Below are positions 46,931-59,790 of a stretch of 64,000 bases of DNA, piece by piece (position 1 is the first letter of the stretch; every line of letters begins with the position of its first letter). The stretch is from positions 10,602,001 through 10,666,000 of the forward strand of contig JBHGNT010000007.1 of NCBI GenBank assembly GCA_043228905.1, in the 5' to 3' direction. Source of the DNA: Azolla caroliniana (taxonomy: Eukaryota > Plantae > Polypodiophyta). Under the pieces are notes generated by a model, which did no database searches, was not told where the DNA came from, and saw nothing but the letters and a program-made list of their open reading frames with translations. The position numbers were made by a program, and so were the translations under genes.

Positions 46931-48941
46931 ATGGCCACTATTAGCACTCAAGAATATCAATCTGTTTTCTCGGAGTTCCTTGCTTGAAAGAGAAGTTCCT
47001 TGCTTTGGAACAAGAAAATCAATGGTTGTCGGGGGATCTTTAGCAAATCTCCTTAGAAAAGCAACAAACGCAACAACAGCATGGGGAACTTGCGTTACAT
47101 GTGCAACAACTCGAAGCAACCATCGTAGTGACGCAACAATAAGGACCCGAAACACAAGGGATTCATAAAGAACCCAAGATTGGCCTTCCCATGAAGTTTG
47201 ATGGAACACGATTGCAGTTTAGAGGGTTCCTTAATCAGGTACAATTAGTTATTCAAATGCATCCTTCCCGATATCCCACCAATGCATGACGAGTGGGTTT
47301 AGTAGGCACATTGTTAAGTGGCTCAACATTGGCATGGTTCGCTCCACTGTTAGAAAAGGAATCTCCATTACTCAACAATTTTCAAGAGTTTATAGGTGAG
47401 TTTAAGGCATGTTTTGGAGATACTGATAGCATAAGGACCGCAATCAACAAAATCCGGCAATTACGACAAGGTGATCGTCCAACCTCTACATACGCTGCAG
47501 ATTTCTGCCTACTTGCCGCCGATATCCCTTGGGATGATCAAGCGTTGATGGAGCAATTTCGTTATGGTTTATGCAACGATGTCAAGGATTTACTCTTGAC
47601 CTTCCCTGAAGAGCCAAAGTCCTTAACAGAAGCAATCAGTCGTGCGGTGAGATGTGACAACCACCTCTTTGAGCGTCATTCGGAACGACAGCTACAGATG
47701 TCGAGGGCAAGATCAGAGCCCACCTACGCCTCAGTGGTAGCAAAACCTTTTACGAGGGAGTCATATAATGTGCCTCCAATGAATACTCCAATTCCGATGG
47801 AGATTGACACTACACGTTGTTGTGCCTTTCGGCTCCAGATCGTTGCGTGAGTCGGGTGGGAACCACCGGGGTTTTGGACTAGGAGGAGGAAGAATTTGAG
47901 GCTAATCTAGTTATGAATATGAATAGATTATAAGAAAGAGATATAGAAACTTGTGAATCCCACAAGTATAGTTGTTTTAGTTTATCTTAATCGTAGTAAT
48001 AAATTGAACTACTTTAGAATAGATTAGAGTAGATTGAGAAAAGAGATCAAACCTTGTGAATCCCACAAGTATTACATTAATCAATATTTATGTAAGAATA
48101 TGAACTTCGATTGAAAGAGATAGATTATATAAAACTTCGTGAATCCCACAATTCTATTTTATTATTGGTGTTTTAGGAAATATATCCAATTTCCCAAATA
48201 TTTCACACACCCTATTACATTGTGCTCCCCATCCGTATATGGTGATGAGAGAGTCTTCACAATCCATGCTTTTTTTTCTAACTATAGACTCCATGCTTTT
48301 CCTATAAATAGACTATATGCTTTATCTAAAGTGATCATGCTTTTTCTATCTTGTGCGTTTTTTATCGACTATAGCGTTCATGCACGCTAGATATGCATGC
48401 GTAGCTTTTTCTTTTAGCATGTGTTTTTCTTTTAACTAAAGTTTATCCTACGTGAACTTAACTTTCTACGTGGGACATCTACTTTTTAACACTAATGAAA
48501 TGCTAGTGTAATGGTAAGGTTTCACATTATTAACATGGAGGTGCAAGGTTTGAATCTTGCCATATGCATGTATGATTTATTTTGACATTTTCTTCTATTT
48601 CTTCATATTTACTAAAACGTTACTTTGTAAGTTTTTCATGTAGTGTACGAAATACACTACGACAACGTCGTCGAGGGCCATTATCCGAAGAAGAAAAGCA
48701 GCAACGTCGAGCAGATCCACTATGTCTTTATTGCGGTGGACCAGGGCATATTGCAGTAAATTGTCCCTATAGGCCAAGGAGACATGTAAACCAAATTGTT
48801 CCTAATACTAATTGTACTAAACCCGAGTCTATTTCAGTAGGGATATCTGATAGTTCTCATAGTCCTAATAGTACTAATAGCCCAAATCTAGCAAACAAAT
48901 TTGATGTCCTCAGTCAATTAGAAGAAGAGTTAAACGACTAA
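46931..48941 (+). pseudogene. gag: gag of G, split by a solo LTR
   Basis: PMEIDTT|RRRGPLSEEEK..CLYCGGPGHIAVNC; homologous to E gag. Confidence 0.9.
47818..48664 (-). repeat. solo LTR of the element D family (847 bp)
   Basis: Perfect 4-bp TSD ACGT (47814-47817 and 48665-48668). Removing it restores the gag frame. Confidence 0.96.
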
Positions 48942-51900
48942 GTCCAGCCAAAATAGGAGTCGTTTGGTTGGACAAACCCTAGATCTGTGCAACCCATTAG
49001 TGGTTCCATTCCCTCTAAGCAAGTTAGCAATGTGTTCGTAGCCCAAGTAGTAGTTAGTACTAAAAGTACCCCTCTAGTACATGTCCTAGCACTTCTAGAT
49101 TCCAGAGCTAATTCTTGCTTCATGGATAGGAAATTTGCCCAAGCTCATCAGATATCTCTCAAAAAACTCCTGTGTCCTACCTCTGTAGTAGTCATTGATC
49201 CTCGTCCCATTGCTTCCGGAAATATCATAGAAGAACCAGAGCCCATTAATATTGTCCTAGATAATCTAGCATGTGTCGTATCATTTAATATAATTAGCAT
49301 CCTAGAACACCCCATTGTCTTAGGACTACCATGGTTCGAATTACATAACCCAGACATAGATTGGCGGACAAGAGAAATCCGGCATCGAAAAGCCCGAGGG
49401 TCTACTCATGAGATTGCAACAATTTCACTACATCAGTTGCGTGAGGAAGGACGCAAGGAAGAAATGTTCCTCTTCGCAATATTAGTACAACCCTCCAGCA
49501 CCACTAAAGAGGAATCCACCGTTCAACTTCTAAAGAAGTATCATCATTATGCCGATGTGTTTGATAAAGTACAAGCCAATACGCTTCCTCACCATCGACC
49601 ATATGATTGCCCCATCGATTTACAACCGGGGAAAGAGCCATCATGGGGACCGATCTACAATCTGTCACCAACCGAACTGGAAGTCCTTCAAGCCTATATA
49701 GAGGAGAATTTGGAGAATGGTTTCATACGACATTCGAAATCTCCAGTCGGCTCACCCATTTTCTTCGTCAAGAAAAAGGATGGCTCACTTCATCTCGTTG
49801 TAGATTACCGTGGCTTGAATAAGGTTACAATCCAAAATAGGTATGCACTTCCCCTTATCTCAAGTCTTTTAGAACGGATCAATGGTGCCAGGTTCTTCAC
49901 GAAGATGGACTTACGGGGAACGGATCCGACTAAGAGATGAATGGAAGACCGCGTTCCGCACCAAATATGGGCACTTTGAGTATACGGTCATGCAGTTCGG
50001 CCTCACTAATGCACCAGTAGTCTTCTAGCACATGGCAAAATGATACTTTCCGAGATCTCTTGGATGTGTGTCTAATCATCGATTTGGATGATCTACTGGT
50101 TTACTCAAAGATCCAAGAAGAGCATGATTCTCATGTACTGTTAGTACTAAAATGACTTCGAGAACATGGTCTTTATGCAAAGCTGGAAAAATGTAGTTTC
50201 GGGTGCAACCAGGTGGAATTTCTCGGCTATGTCATTTCCTCAGAAGGCATCTCCATGGACCCAGCTAAGGTCAAAACGGTGGTAGAGTGGCAGACTCCGC
50301 GTTCGGTGCGGGATGTGCAATGCTTTCTAGGCTTTGCCAATTTTTATCGGAAGTTTATAAAGGATTACTCAAAGCTCGTTTTGCCTCTTACACAACTTAC
50401 TAGGAAGGGACAATCGATCGTTTGGTCTGAAGAAGCAAACATGGCTTTTGAGAATCTTAAAAAGGCATTTACATTGGCTCCGATTCTAGCTCACGTTGAT
50501 CCAGAAAAACCATTCATCATCGAAGCGGACGCATCGGATTTTGCATTGGGGAGCATTCTATCACAACGAGGTAATGATGAAAAGCTACATCTTGTGGCTT
50601 TTCACTCACACAAGTTTGACGCTGCCGAAATCAACTACGAAATTCATGATAAAGAGCTATTGGCTATAGTGAACTCTTTTATGCAATGGAGGCATTTTCT
50701 AGAGGGATCTTCTCATCAAGTCACTGTATTCAGTGAGCACAAAAACCTCGCCTATTTTCAAGACGCTCGTGTGTTAAATCGACGTCAAGCTCAGTGGGCC
50801 CATTTTCTCACGCATTTCGACTTCAAGATTACATATCGACCTAGGAAGCACCAAGGGAAAGCAGACGCATTATCACAACGTTCGTACCTAGCACCGCGTC
50901 CCGACGAGCTAGCTTTCGATAACCAAAAGCAAGTAATCTTGGGACTGGCACGACTGCAAGCAACACAGGTCTTTGGCATGCCCATGGATTCCCACGTTAT
51001 CAATATCATACGTGTGGACCTGAAGACAGATGTTATACGAAGGTATGGACTATCAGCAATTCAAATACCATGATGGATTACTCTTCTTTAAAGAACTTTT
51101 GTATGTTCCTAATGGTTCTTGACGCCTTCGAGTAATACAAAATTGTCATGACACATATACAGCTGGGCATTTTGGTAGTACTAAAACATTAGATTTAGTA
51201 CAATGATCATTCCGGTGGCCCCATATGCGACAATTTGTCGAAGATTTTGTTCGGACTTGTGATACATGTTGCAGAGCGAAAATGCCAAGGCATCATCCAT
51301 ATGGTTTATTAGAACCATTACCAATTCCAAGCAAGCCGTGGCAATCCATTGCTCTAGACTTCATCATAGATCTTCCAGTCTCTAAGGGGTTCAATGCGAT
51401 TCTAACAGTGGTAGATCGTTATATGAAGATGACTCATTTCTTGCCATGTACTAAGGAAATCTCCAGTGAAGACCCCGCCGAAATTGTCCTGCGTGAAGTA
51501 TGTCGGCATCATGGACTTCCCGATAGTATCATCAGCGACCGTGGACCCTAGTTCATGTCAAAATTCTGGAAGCACCTTTTTAAAATTCTCAAGGTCACTT
51601 CTAGCCTCTCCTCTGGCTACCACCCACAAACCGACGGCCAAGCCGAACGAACAAATCAAATGTTGGAGCAGTATCTACGGTGCTTTCTCAGCTATCATCA
51701 AGATGACTGGGCCGATATTCTCCACTTCACCGAATTTGCCTATAATAACTCTATCCACGTATCGACTAAAGTTACGCCATTTTATGCTTATATGGGATGT
51801 CACCCCCGGTGGTGTGTACTTAAAACCCCAGAGGTGTCCACAAATCCTTGCGCGGAGGATCGTTTGGAGCGGTTACACACAAGGACTATGTGGATTTATC

Positions 51901-52555
51901 TACTCATCTCCAGCAAGCTCAACAAACACACAAGGACTATGTGGATCGTCATCGCCTTCCATCCAGTTTTAACATTGGAGATTGGGTGTGGCTGCTACGA
52001 CGACACATCAAGACTACTCGCCCATGTGAGAAGTTGGATTATCGTTGATTAGGTCCTTTCTGTATTATCGGAAAGTTTAATGATGTCGCTTTTCGTCTCG
52101 ATCTACCTCCGCAACTTCGGATACATCCGGTGTTTCATAGTTCTCTCCTCGAACCCTATCACGAGAGCACCATCCCAGGATGTATTATACAACCTCCACC
52201 CCTGATTGAGCTTGAAGATGGATTGGAGTACGAGGTTGCCGCCATCCTTGATTCCAAGATTGTTCGCAACAAGCTCTACTATCTAGTCGATTGTCTAGGA
52301 TATAGTCCCAGTGAACGTACTTGGGAATCGATCGAGAATTTGACCAATGCTCGTGCTCGTCTTGAAGACTTCCATACAAGCTCTACTATCTAGTCGATTG
52401 GCTAGGATATAGTCCCAGCGAACGTACTTGGGAATCGATCGAGAATTTGACCAATGGTTGTGCTCGTCTTGAAGACTTCCATCGTCAATATCCACACAAA
52501 CCGGGTCCTCAATCCAAAACGACTCGTGATACTCATCGTTTTAAAGGGGGGATAG
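48929..52555 (+). pseudogene. pol: pol of G (protease, RT, RNase H, integrase, chromodomain), disrupted
   Basis: ORFs 48987..49940, 50213..51073, 51225..51551, 51555..52052 and 52130..52393 are colinear with E pol. Confidence 0.93.
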
Positions 52556-53002
52556 TCTCATGATATGGCAAGACTCGAACCCATGACCTTATGCTACATG
52601 GGTCGAGCTCTTACCATTAAACTATGTATTGCAATATGAAAGATATTATTTTCATTTAAGTTTTATTATAGGAAATTGATGTATATTCTAGAGTTCTCTG
52701 GAACATTCTAGAAACTTCAGGAGTACTCCTAACAACACTATAAAAGGAGGCACATGGCATTATTTCGAACCAAATCGGTTCAACGCTAGTCTTTGGCCTC
52801 ATAGCCCTTTGTACTTACTTTTCCTATAATATATAATCTGTTATCATCATCTCTCTCTCTCTCTCTCGTCCTCGCTCTCTCTCTCTCTCTCCTCTTATCT
52901 CTTCCTCTCTTAGGAGTCTTACGCAGTCCCGTCCTCTTAGTACTAATAGTACTACCCTTCTCTAGTACTAATTCTCTCTTTGTTTTAGTACTATTCCTGA
53001 CA

Positions 53003-53195
53003 CCCTCGGCAGTAGAGCGATCTCCTGGAGCAGTAAGAAGCAGCCGGCAGTCGCACTGTCGAGCATGGAAGTTGAATACATGGGCATGACAGTCGCCGCA
53101 TGCGAAGTCGTATGGCTCAAGCGCATACTAAAGGATCTGGGTGTTCCCATTACGGATCCAACTCGCCTCTTCTACGACAACATGAGTTGCATCTA
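53003..53195 (+). pseudogene. Copia RNase H fragment (begins at 46388, before G)
   Basis: FFFSL|GSRAISWSSKKQPAVALSSMEVEY..ACEVVWLKRILKDLG. Confidence 0.88.
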
Positions 53196-54151
53196 TGCCG
53201 AGATTGTGAAGAAAGGGTTACATATTGAGACCCTCATTGCCAATACCTTAGTAGGTATGTAGGCCAAATGTGGTTTCCTCTAAACAACACAGGAATTTTT
53301 ATGATCTTTCTGTGAAAGTGAATTTTCATGCAATATAGTGACTATAGAACATGTGGAACATGGATATAGTGAGAGAGACAACACTCTCCTTTTTTTTAGC
53401 TATGCATGCCAAATATGGAGAGTTTGTAAAATCTCAGAAAGTGTCTCAACAGGTTCCTATTTGAGTACAGTCTCTTGGACTACACTTATTGCTGAGTATG
53501 CTAAATAAGGTCAAGGCCACAAAGTTGGACCGTTTTAAACACATTCAAAATAATGGCATTGCCCCAGATACAGTTACATATCGTAAATGCTTGCGGGACT
53601 CTTTGATTGATATGTACATCAAATGTGGTCTGATAATGGAATGTGATGGCATCTGGATATATTGACTATGGCTTGAAAAGCAACTGTTTTATGGCATGGA
53701 ACAAATGCAAGTAGAAGAAATTTGGTTGATTTTTTTGCTTCTTGAAAGCTTGTTTTGGAGTAGACTCTCTAACAAGAGGAGGGGAATTACATGGTGATAA
53801 TGCAAAAGAAGGATTTGAAAAACATCATTTTCTTGGTACAATAAATGTGACGCAATAATTGAAGCCCGAGAGACTTTTCATGGATTATTGTTGGTTGGAC
53901 ATGTGGGACAATGGACTGCCATGTTATTGGGCTATACTGAGCATGATAAGAATGAGGCTACTACACAACTCTATCTTCAAATGTTGGTGCAAGACATCTT
54001 ACCTAATATGATGACATTTTCTGGTATGTTGAAAGGATGTGGCAACATGGGAGATATACAGAAAGGGAACAACTTCCATGTTCTAATGTCCTCGTATTGC
54101 ATGGAGGTCACACAAACAAGTGCCTTATTGAGAAGTGTGCTTGAAGCTTAA
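53196..54151 (+). pseudogene. PLS-class pentatricopeptide repeat (PPR) relic
   Basis: IANTLVGM.AKCG, VSWTTLIAEYA, LIDMYIKCG and WTAMLLGY..PNMMTFSGMLKGCG motifs, with many stops. Confidence 0.8.
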
Positions 54152-55049
54152 CAAGTCTTTGCCATAAGACAAGCAAGAAGTCTTTTTGAATGGTCTAGTT
54201 TAAATTTGACATATGCTCGAACGGAGAAACTATGCAGAAAACATTTAGCACAATTATGGTTTCTAATATCGTTTAATGGAATGCACTAAAAAGAGGTTAT
54301 AGAGACTATGGATATGCCGAGGAGGGGTTGTATTAGTTTTCAACAGATGCAACACAATATATGCATATAGTTTCCTTTAATTTTAATACCAATGGAAGAT
54401 ATTTTTTATGGAAAAAAAAAAGGTTAAGGTTTTCTTGACCAAGCTGGATGAGCAAGTTGTGAAGGAACTTCCTTGAGGGGGAAAGACCATAACATTGAGT
54501 GGGGCTCGGCAACAAAAGGTGCACGACAAACACCTTAAGGTCATCAACATAGTTTTGTAAGCTTGATGGGATTCAAGCTCAAGAAGAGTCAAGCGAATTT
54601 GGTGTCCTCAAATTATCCCAATTAGGAGACAATTTCAAAACTGACTGGGACTCACCAAACATAGTCCTAATCCCAAGAGGAATGCCACTATGTTTAGTCC
54701 CAACTTTGAGTCCCAACTTAACAAATTATAAGTTTCAAAATGCTCACTACGTTTGCTTAAGTTTCACTTTTTTCTTTTTGTTCAATTGGAAGCTTTAGGG
54801 GTTTTTTTTTTCCCAAAATGAAGCTACTTTCCCATTTCTTAGGAAGGATTATTACAAAGAGAATGTACAAGGAGTCTTATACATAGATTGGGGAATCTCC
54901 CTCCAATCAAGTTCAAGAAAATGAGACTAGTTACATAGCCTTTTGGACTGACTACTTAATGTAAGTACCTATAGCTAAAAACGGTGCCCTTCAGTGTTGG
55001 CTAGTACGAGACAACTCTTGGGGCCTACAATGAGGGGAGGGTGGTAAGT

Positions 55050-57435
55050 GAGTCAGAAACAACCAGCGTGGGGGCTGGTAGTTCCACCTCGGGCTACTCC
55101 CTCCTTAGGTCACCATAGGCGTGTTCTGCCATTTCTACCAAAAGTGCAAACGAGCAGTGACCACATCATTGGCATGGCTGCAAACCTCATCCAATTGCCC
55201 TCGTAGGCAGCTGTTAAGCGCAAACCATATGTCCATGATCACTTCCTCCAAGGGTTGCGCCCGATCTTGAAAGACCTTTAGGCAATGTGCTTTCCATACA
55301 TACCACAGGGTGAAGCCTGCGATCAGCATCCAAATTTTCGGGAACCTAGGGGATGTGGATTGCAAGCCTCTCTCAAAACAAATCTTGGCGATTTTGCCTC
55401 TCATGCATACGTAGCACCAACTATCCGCATTGAAGGCGTCCGTCCACCAATCAACAGAGTGATCAATCCATGCCACAACACTCCACGATGTTGTTCCTTC
55501 CACTTCACATGCCGGAAGGAGGTGAGTCACTCTATCCCATACCTTTTGAGCTTGAGGGCAATCCCACAGATAGTGCCTCAGAGTCTCAATAGGTGAATGG
55601 CAAAGTGGGCAGCCTAATGGGCCGCCACATTTACCTAGCCATTCGCCAACAGGAACCACATTATGACCGATTTGCCACCAAAAAAACTTTATCTTTTCCG
55701 GCATGTGGAGACGCCAAAGACCTTTCCAAAAGGTAATGAGCACCTCATCAGGGATGCCCAATGTACGCCAGCCATTGCGTAAGGGGCCGTTTAGCTGCAG
55801 TTGAAAAGTCCGGCCCAGTTTACTGTTGTACTCGAAGAAATGGCAAAATTTGCCATCATGTTTCCACCTGAAATCCCCTGGGTCCCATTCTAGTTCCACG
55901 AGGGGACGACAACCATATACCCATAACTTCCAATGGGGTTCCACCTTAGCAATATCCGGGTCTGTCTTCCAGATGTTATCAACCTGCGCCACCACGCGGA
56001 TTGGGTGCCAAGAGCCCCTACTCTGACTCTCCCCAAAAATTGTATCTCTTCCCAATCCGCTCATGCCCTTCAACAACTTAACCATTCCAGCCTCATCAAA
56101 GAGCCCGAACCAAGCATCTTCTCTCACCTACCCCATCGGAACCCTATCAACTGCCTCAGCTATCAATCTCCGCATTTTCATGGCTCCCTTGAGAGGAGGG
56201 AATGGGACCTCCTGGGCTCCTCCTAAAGCCACTGTGTGTCTCCAATCATCTATAGAGTGGAGCCCTATTTGCGCCAGCTTTACCCATGCTAGGCCCTTAA
56301 CTTGCCCTAACATCATGTCGTCACTTGTTCGCACCTGAGGGTTCCAAAATAATGGTTGTCTAGACCACTCGATTAGTGTCTCCGGCGTGTGCTTGACCAA
56401 ATGATGTCGTACGTGACACCATGCCCGCAAGATGGAGTTCCTAAAAATGTTGACAATAATGTTGCTAATGATCACGAACATGTAACAAATGCAGTTTTTC
56501 AGGAACCTGAGGAGACAACGAATGCCGACACACTTGCACCACTCGGCCTTTCCATTGATGAGGCAGAAAACCAGAGAAGAACCAGACGTCCTCGGGTGCC
56601 GGGTTTCAAAACAACTCAACGTGATGTGGACGCAATATTGAAAATAAGGGAACGTGAGCTACACCGCCTAGAAGCCATGGCTAGGGCACTCTCTACATTG
56701 GAACCCACATCAAGACCCTTTGACCCCCCACTTCTTTTCGAGAGGCTTGGGTGGAAATAAAATTAGGCTTAGTGTATAGTCACTTTCGAGTATACTACAT
56801 ATTGTACACTACTAGAACTCTTTTAGCTTAAGTTCTATTTTTTTTTTTACTTAATTTTATTTTTAGTTATGATGACTGGATAAATACTCTATTGTTGTAA
56901 ACCAATTGTCTCATGGGCCAAATTTGGCCTTAGAAGACGTTAATACATCTTTCTTTCTTTCTTTCTTTCTCCTCTGGATGACAAGCCATCTTGGGTGGGA
57001 CTCCACTCGTGCAACACCAATTCAAGGAGTCAGGCCAAGGCCTACATACTTGGGAGTCCCTACTTGCAAGCTATTACGAAGTAGAACCTTCCAGCACCCC
57101 TTACCTGGCAGGAGGCATTGAACCACCAATTTGGCTAGCAATGCTCGACTCTACATTAAGGGGTCTATGAGGCCAAGCCCCCCTTTGGCTCGCGGTTGCG
57201 GTAACCCATGCCATGACACTCTGGCGGCAACCATCGGGTTGTCCTTACCTGACCATATAAACCCCCTGATGGCAACCTTAATCGCGTGCAAACCTGAAGG
57301 GTCCATAATCCAGTAGGAGACTGAGTGCCACATGGTGGCGAGCATCACTTGGTTCGCGATAAGAACCCTACCAATGAAGGATAGTTTAGACCTGCTCCAT
57401 TGGTTCAGCTTCTTGCTTAGTTTGGCTTGCAACAA
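55050..57435 (-). mobile_element. L1-type LINE ORF2 3' part (post-RT region and zf-RVT), interrupted at about 56440-56905
   Basis: LSFIGRVLIANQVMLA, GGLGLID, KIKFFWWQ and CPLCHSPIETLRHYLWDC motifs. Confidence 0.85.
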
Positions 57436-59289
57436 AAATTATACTGAGTAACCAAAGTTTAGCTTGGTTTGAGTTTCACAAAGTTCGCATTTGTTTTTAG
57501 TTTTGGGAAATTGGTGTTCTTTACCTCTATTTTATTGTTTCCAAAGTATGTGTGAGGATTTTAGTATCAAATTTTGGGAACTCTACTATAGAGGATGAGA
57601 TACTCAAGAATGTTTTAAGTTATGATAGAAACTTTGAGAAATAAAGTGTTGTGCTAGATTTGGATGTATTCAAGTTTGTATTATTCTTCACACAATTTAA
57701 TGTGCAAAATTGTCCTTTGCCTCATAAAAAACTCATTTCTCTTCAATGATTATTTCATGTGATGAGGGAACAAACTTATGTGACGGAAGTTCATGTTAAG
57801 TTGTATCAATTAATGTGATTAAACTAAATTGTGAAATTTCAAAGTCTATTTTTCTAACAAAATTAAAATTTAACATTTCACAAAAGCGTAAAATGTAAAC
57901 AAAATGTTGTTATGTCTTGGAAGTTTTATCATACTCAAAGACATCTTCTTTCATGCTTGAGGCCTAAATTTTTTGCTATTTTGTTTGATTATACACACAT
58001 GCTCAATTTATAATTTAACAACAATTAATTTTCAAGATCTAGTACTTATAACTTAATTAGGTTCACATATAAATAATCCTTAGTGTTAATTATAATGTAA
58101 TTAGTACCATCTAATGTTGAAAATGCAACCATGCTTTTGGAACTTTGATACTCACAAATATGTATGTATGTGATGAGGAAATGCATCCATGAGTTATTCT
58201 AGTTTCATACAAACTCATATCATCCATTGATCCTTAGTTTCTTGTTGGACATGTTTTATCCAAAGTGAGCACGTGCACATATGTTGGGGAATCTTTTCTC
58301 CTATTGAAAAATAATCTTTTAGTTGAGGCACATGTAAACTTTTATAACAAACTAGATTCCTTAGTAGTCAAAGACACACGACAAAACATATGAAAACATA
58401 GATATTTAGCTTTTCCCAAAGCTTCCCCTTGCTAAATTGTTGTTTCCAAAAACAACAATTCCCATGCAATCTAGATTTATGATAATGACTCACTTATTTA
58501 GGCTATTTGATTCGCAATTGACTAAATCATAAAATAAACTAAACTTGATTTATATAAAGATTAATTTTCTTGTTAAAATTGATTTTCACATTAGTGAATG
58601 ATTGATGTTGCATAATTATATCGTAAGTATTCAAAATGTAATCCATCCAAATTTTTATGTGCTTGAGATACTTTGCAACAATCTCTTGCATATTCAAATT
58701 CATCATAATTGGAGAAAGCTAATGATACACAAATAAACATGAATATAACCTCTTAGACATATATCCATTTTCAATCTCGATGCCTAAAATTTATTGTCTT
58801 CCATTAACATAATATGTACAAGTGCATAGAAACAAATCCATTGGGAGAATATTATTCTATTACACAAGAATTAACGTTAATATATTAAAGGAGCTATAGC
58901 ATGTGTTGCTGCATGTTTTTCAAAATGGGTTAATATTTTTCTAATCAAACATGGGGAATTTCCTTCATCGCCCACATGCCCCTCTATAGAATTAAATTCT
59001 TTGGTTAATAATCAAGGATATATAATGAGATCTCCATTTATTGAAATATTTCATATGTACATATATCAAATTGGATATATATACATATGTATGTATGTAT
59101 GCTCTAAATTTTATTATATTAGGTTGTAAATAACACACGTATTATTTTTTTGGGAGCTATCACACATTATTGTGATCATTGGATAGATCACATATATACG
59201 TGTAAGCATAGATTGACCCATGTGTGATATTCGTGGTTTTCAACATCCGTAATATTCGAGAATACAAAGTCACCCACCCCAAGAATATT

Positions 59290-59790
59290 ACAGAACCATT
59301 TGTTAATTTATTTATTATTTATTATTTAAAAAAACAAATATTTGTACATCTATTATAGAAAAATAGTATTAGTGTGAGGTCTCCTTTTTAATGTCAAGAG
59401 AGTAAAAAGTGGCGAATTAATGAACCTTTTATTTATTATTTATTATTAAAACTAGAACAAATACTTTTAAGTTTTTCATCTATTATAAAAATATTATTAG
59501 TGTAAGGTCCCCTCTTTAATGGGAGATAAAAATATGAAATTTTATGGGAACCTTTTACTTATTTACATATTTTTATTTATGTTTTGTTCTATTAAAATAT
59601 AAAACAAGTATATTTAAGTTTTATATCTATTATAAAAATATTACTAATGTGACGTCCCTTTTTAAAGATAGTTAAAAATATCAATTTTTGTGTTATTTAT
59701 TATTTATTAAAAATAAAACAAATACTTTTAAGTTTTCCATCTATTATATAAAAATATTATTTAGTGTAAGTTTCGTTTTTAATGTGAAGT
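59290..59790. repeat. AT-rich degenerate tandem repeat, about 125-130-bp period, about 4 copies
   Basis: Recurring TTTATTATTTATTA..AACAAATA..TCTATTAT..AAAATATTATTAGTGT block. Confidence 0.6.

Larger units (their letters stand above)
46418..53002 (+). mobile_element. chromoviral Gypsy element G (Tcn1-like), full length but degenerate
   Basis: LTRs 46418-46859 and 52556-53002, 5-bp TSD CCCTC, PPT AAAGGGGGGATAG, gag, and pol with chromodomain. Confidence 0.96.

Noticed and set aside
53196-54151. Functional host PPR gene or Copia-PPR fusion gene
   Set aside because: Many stops and frameshifts. The RNase H/PPR join looks like a deletion junction.
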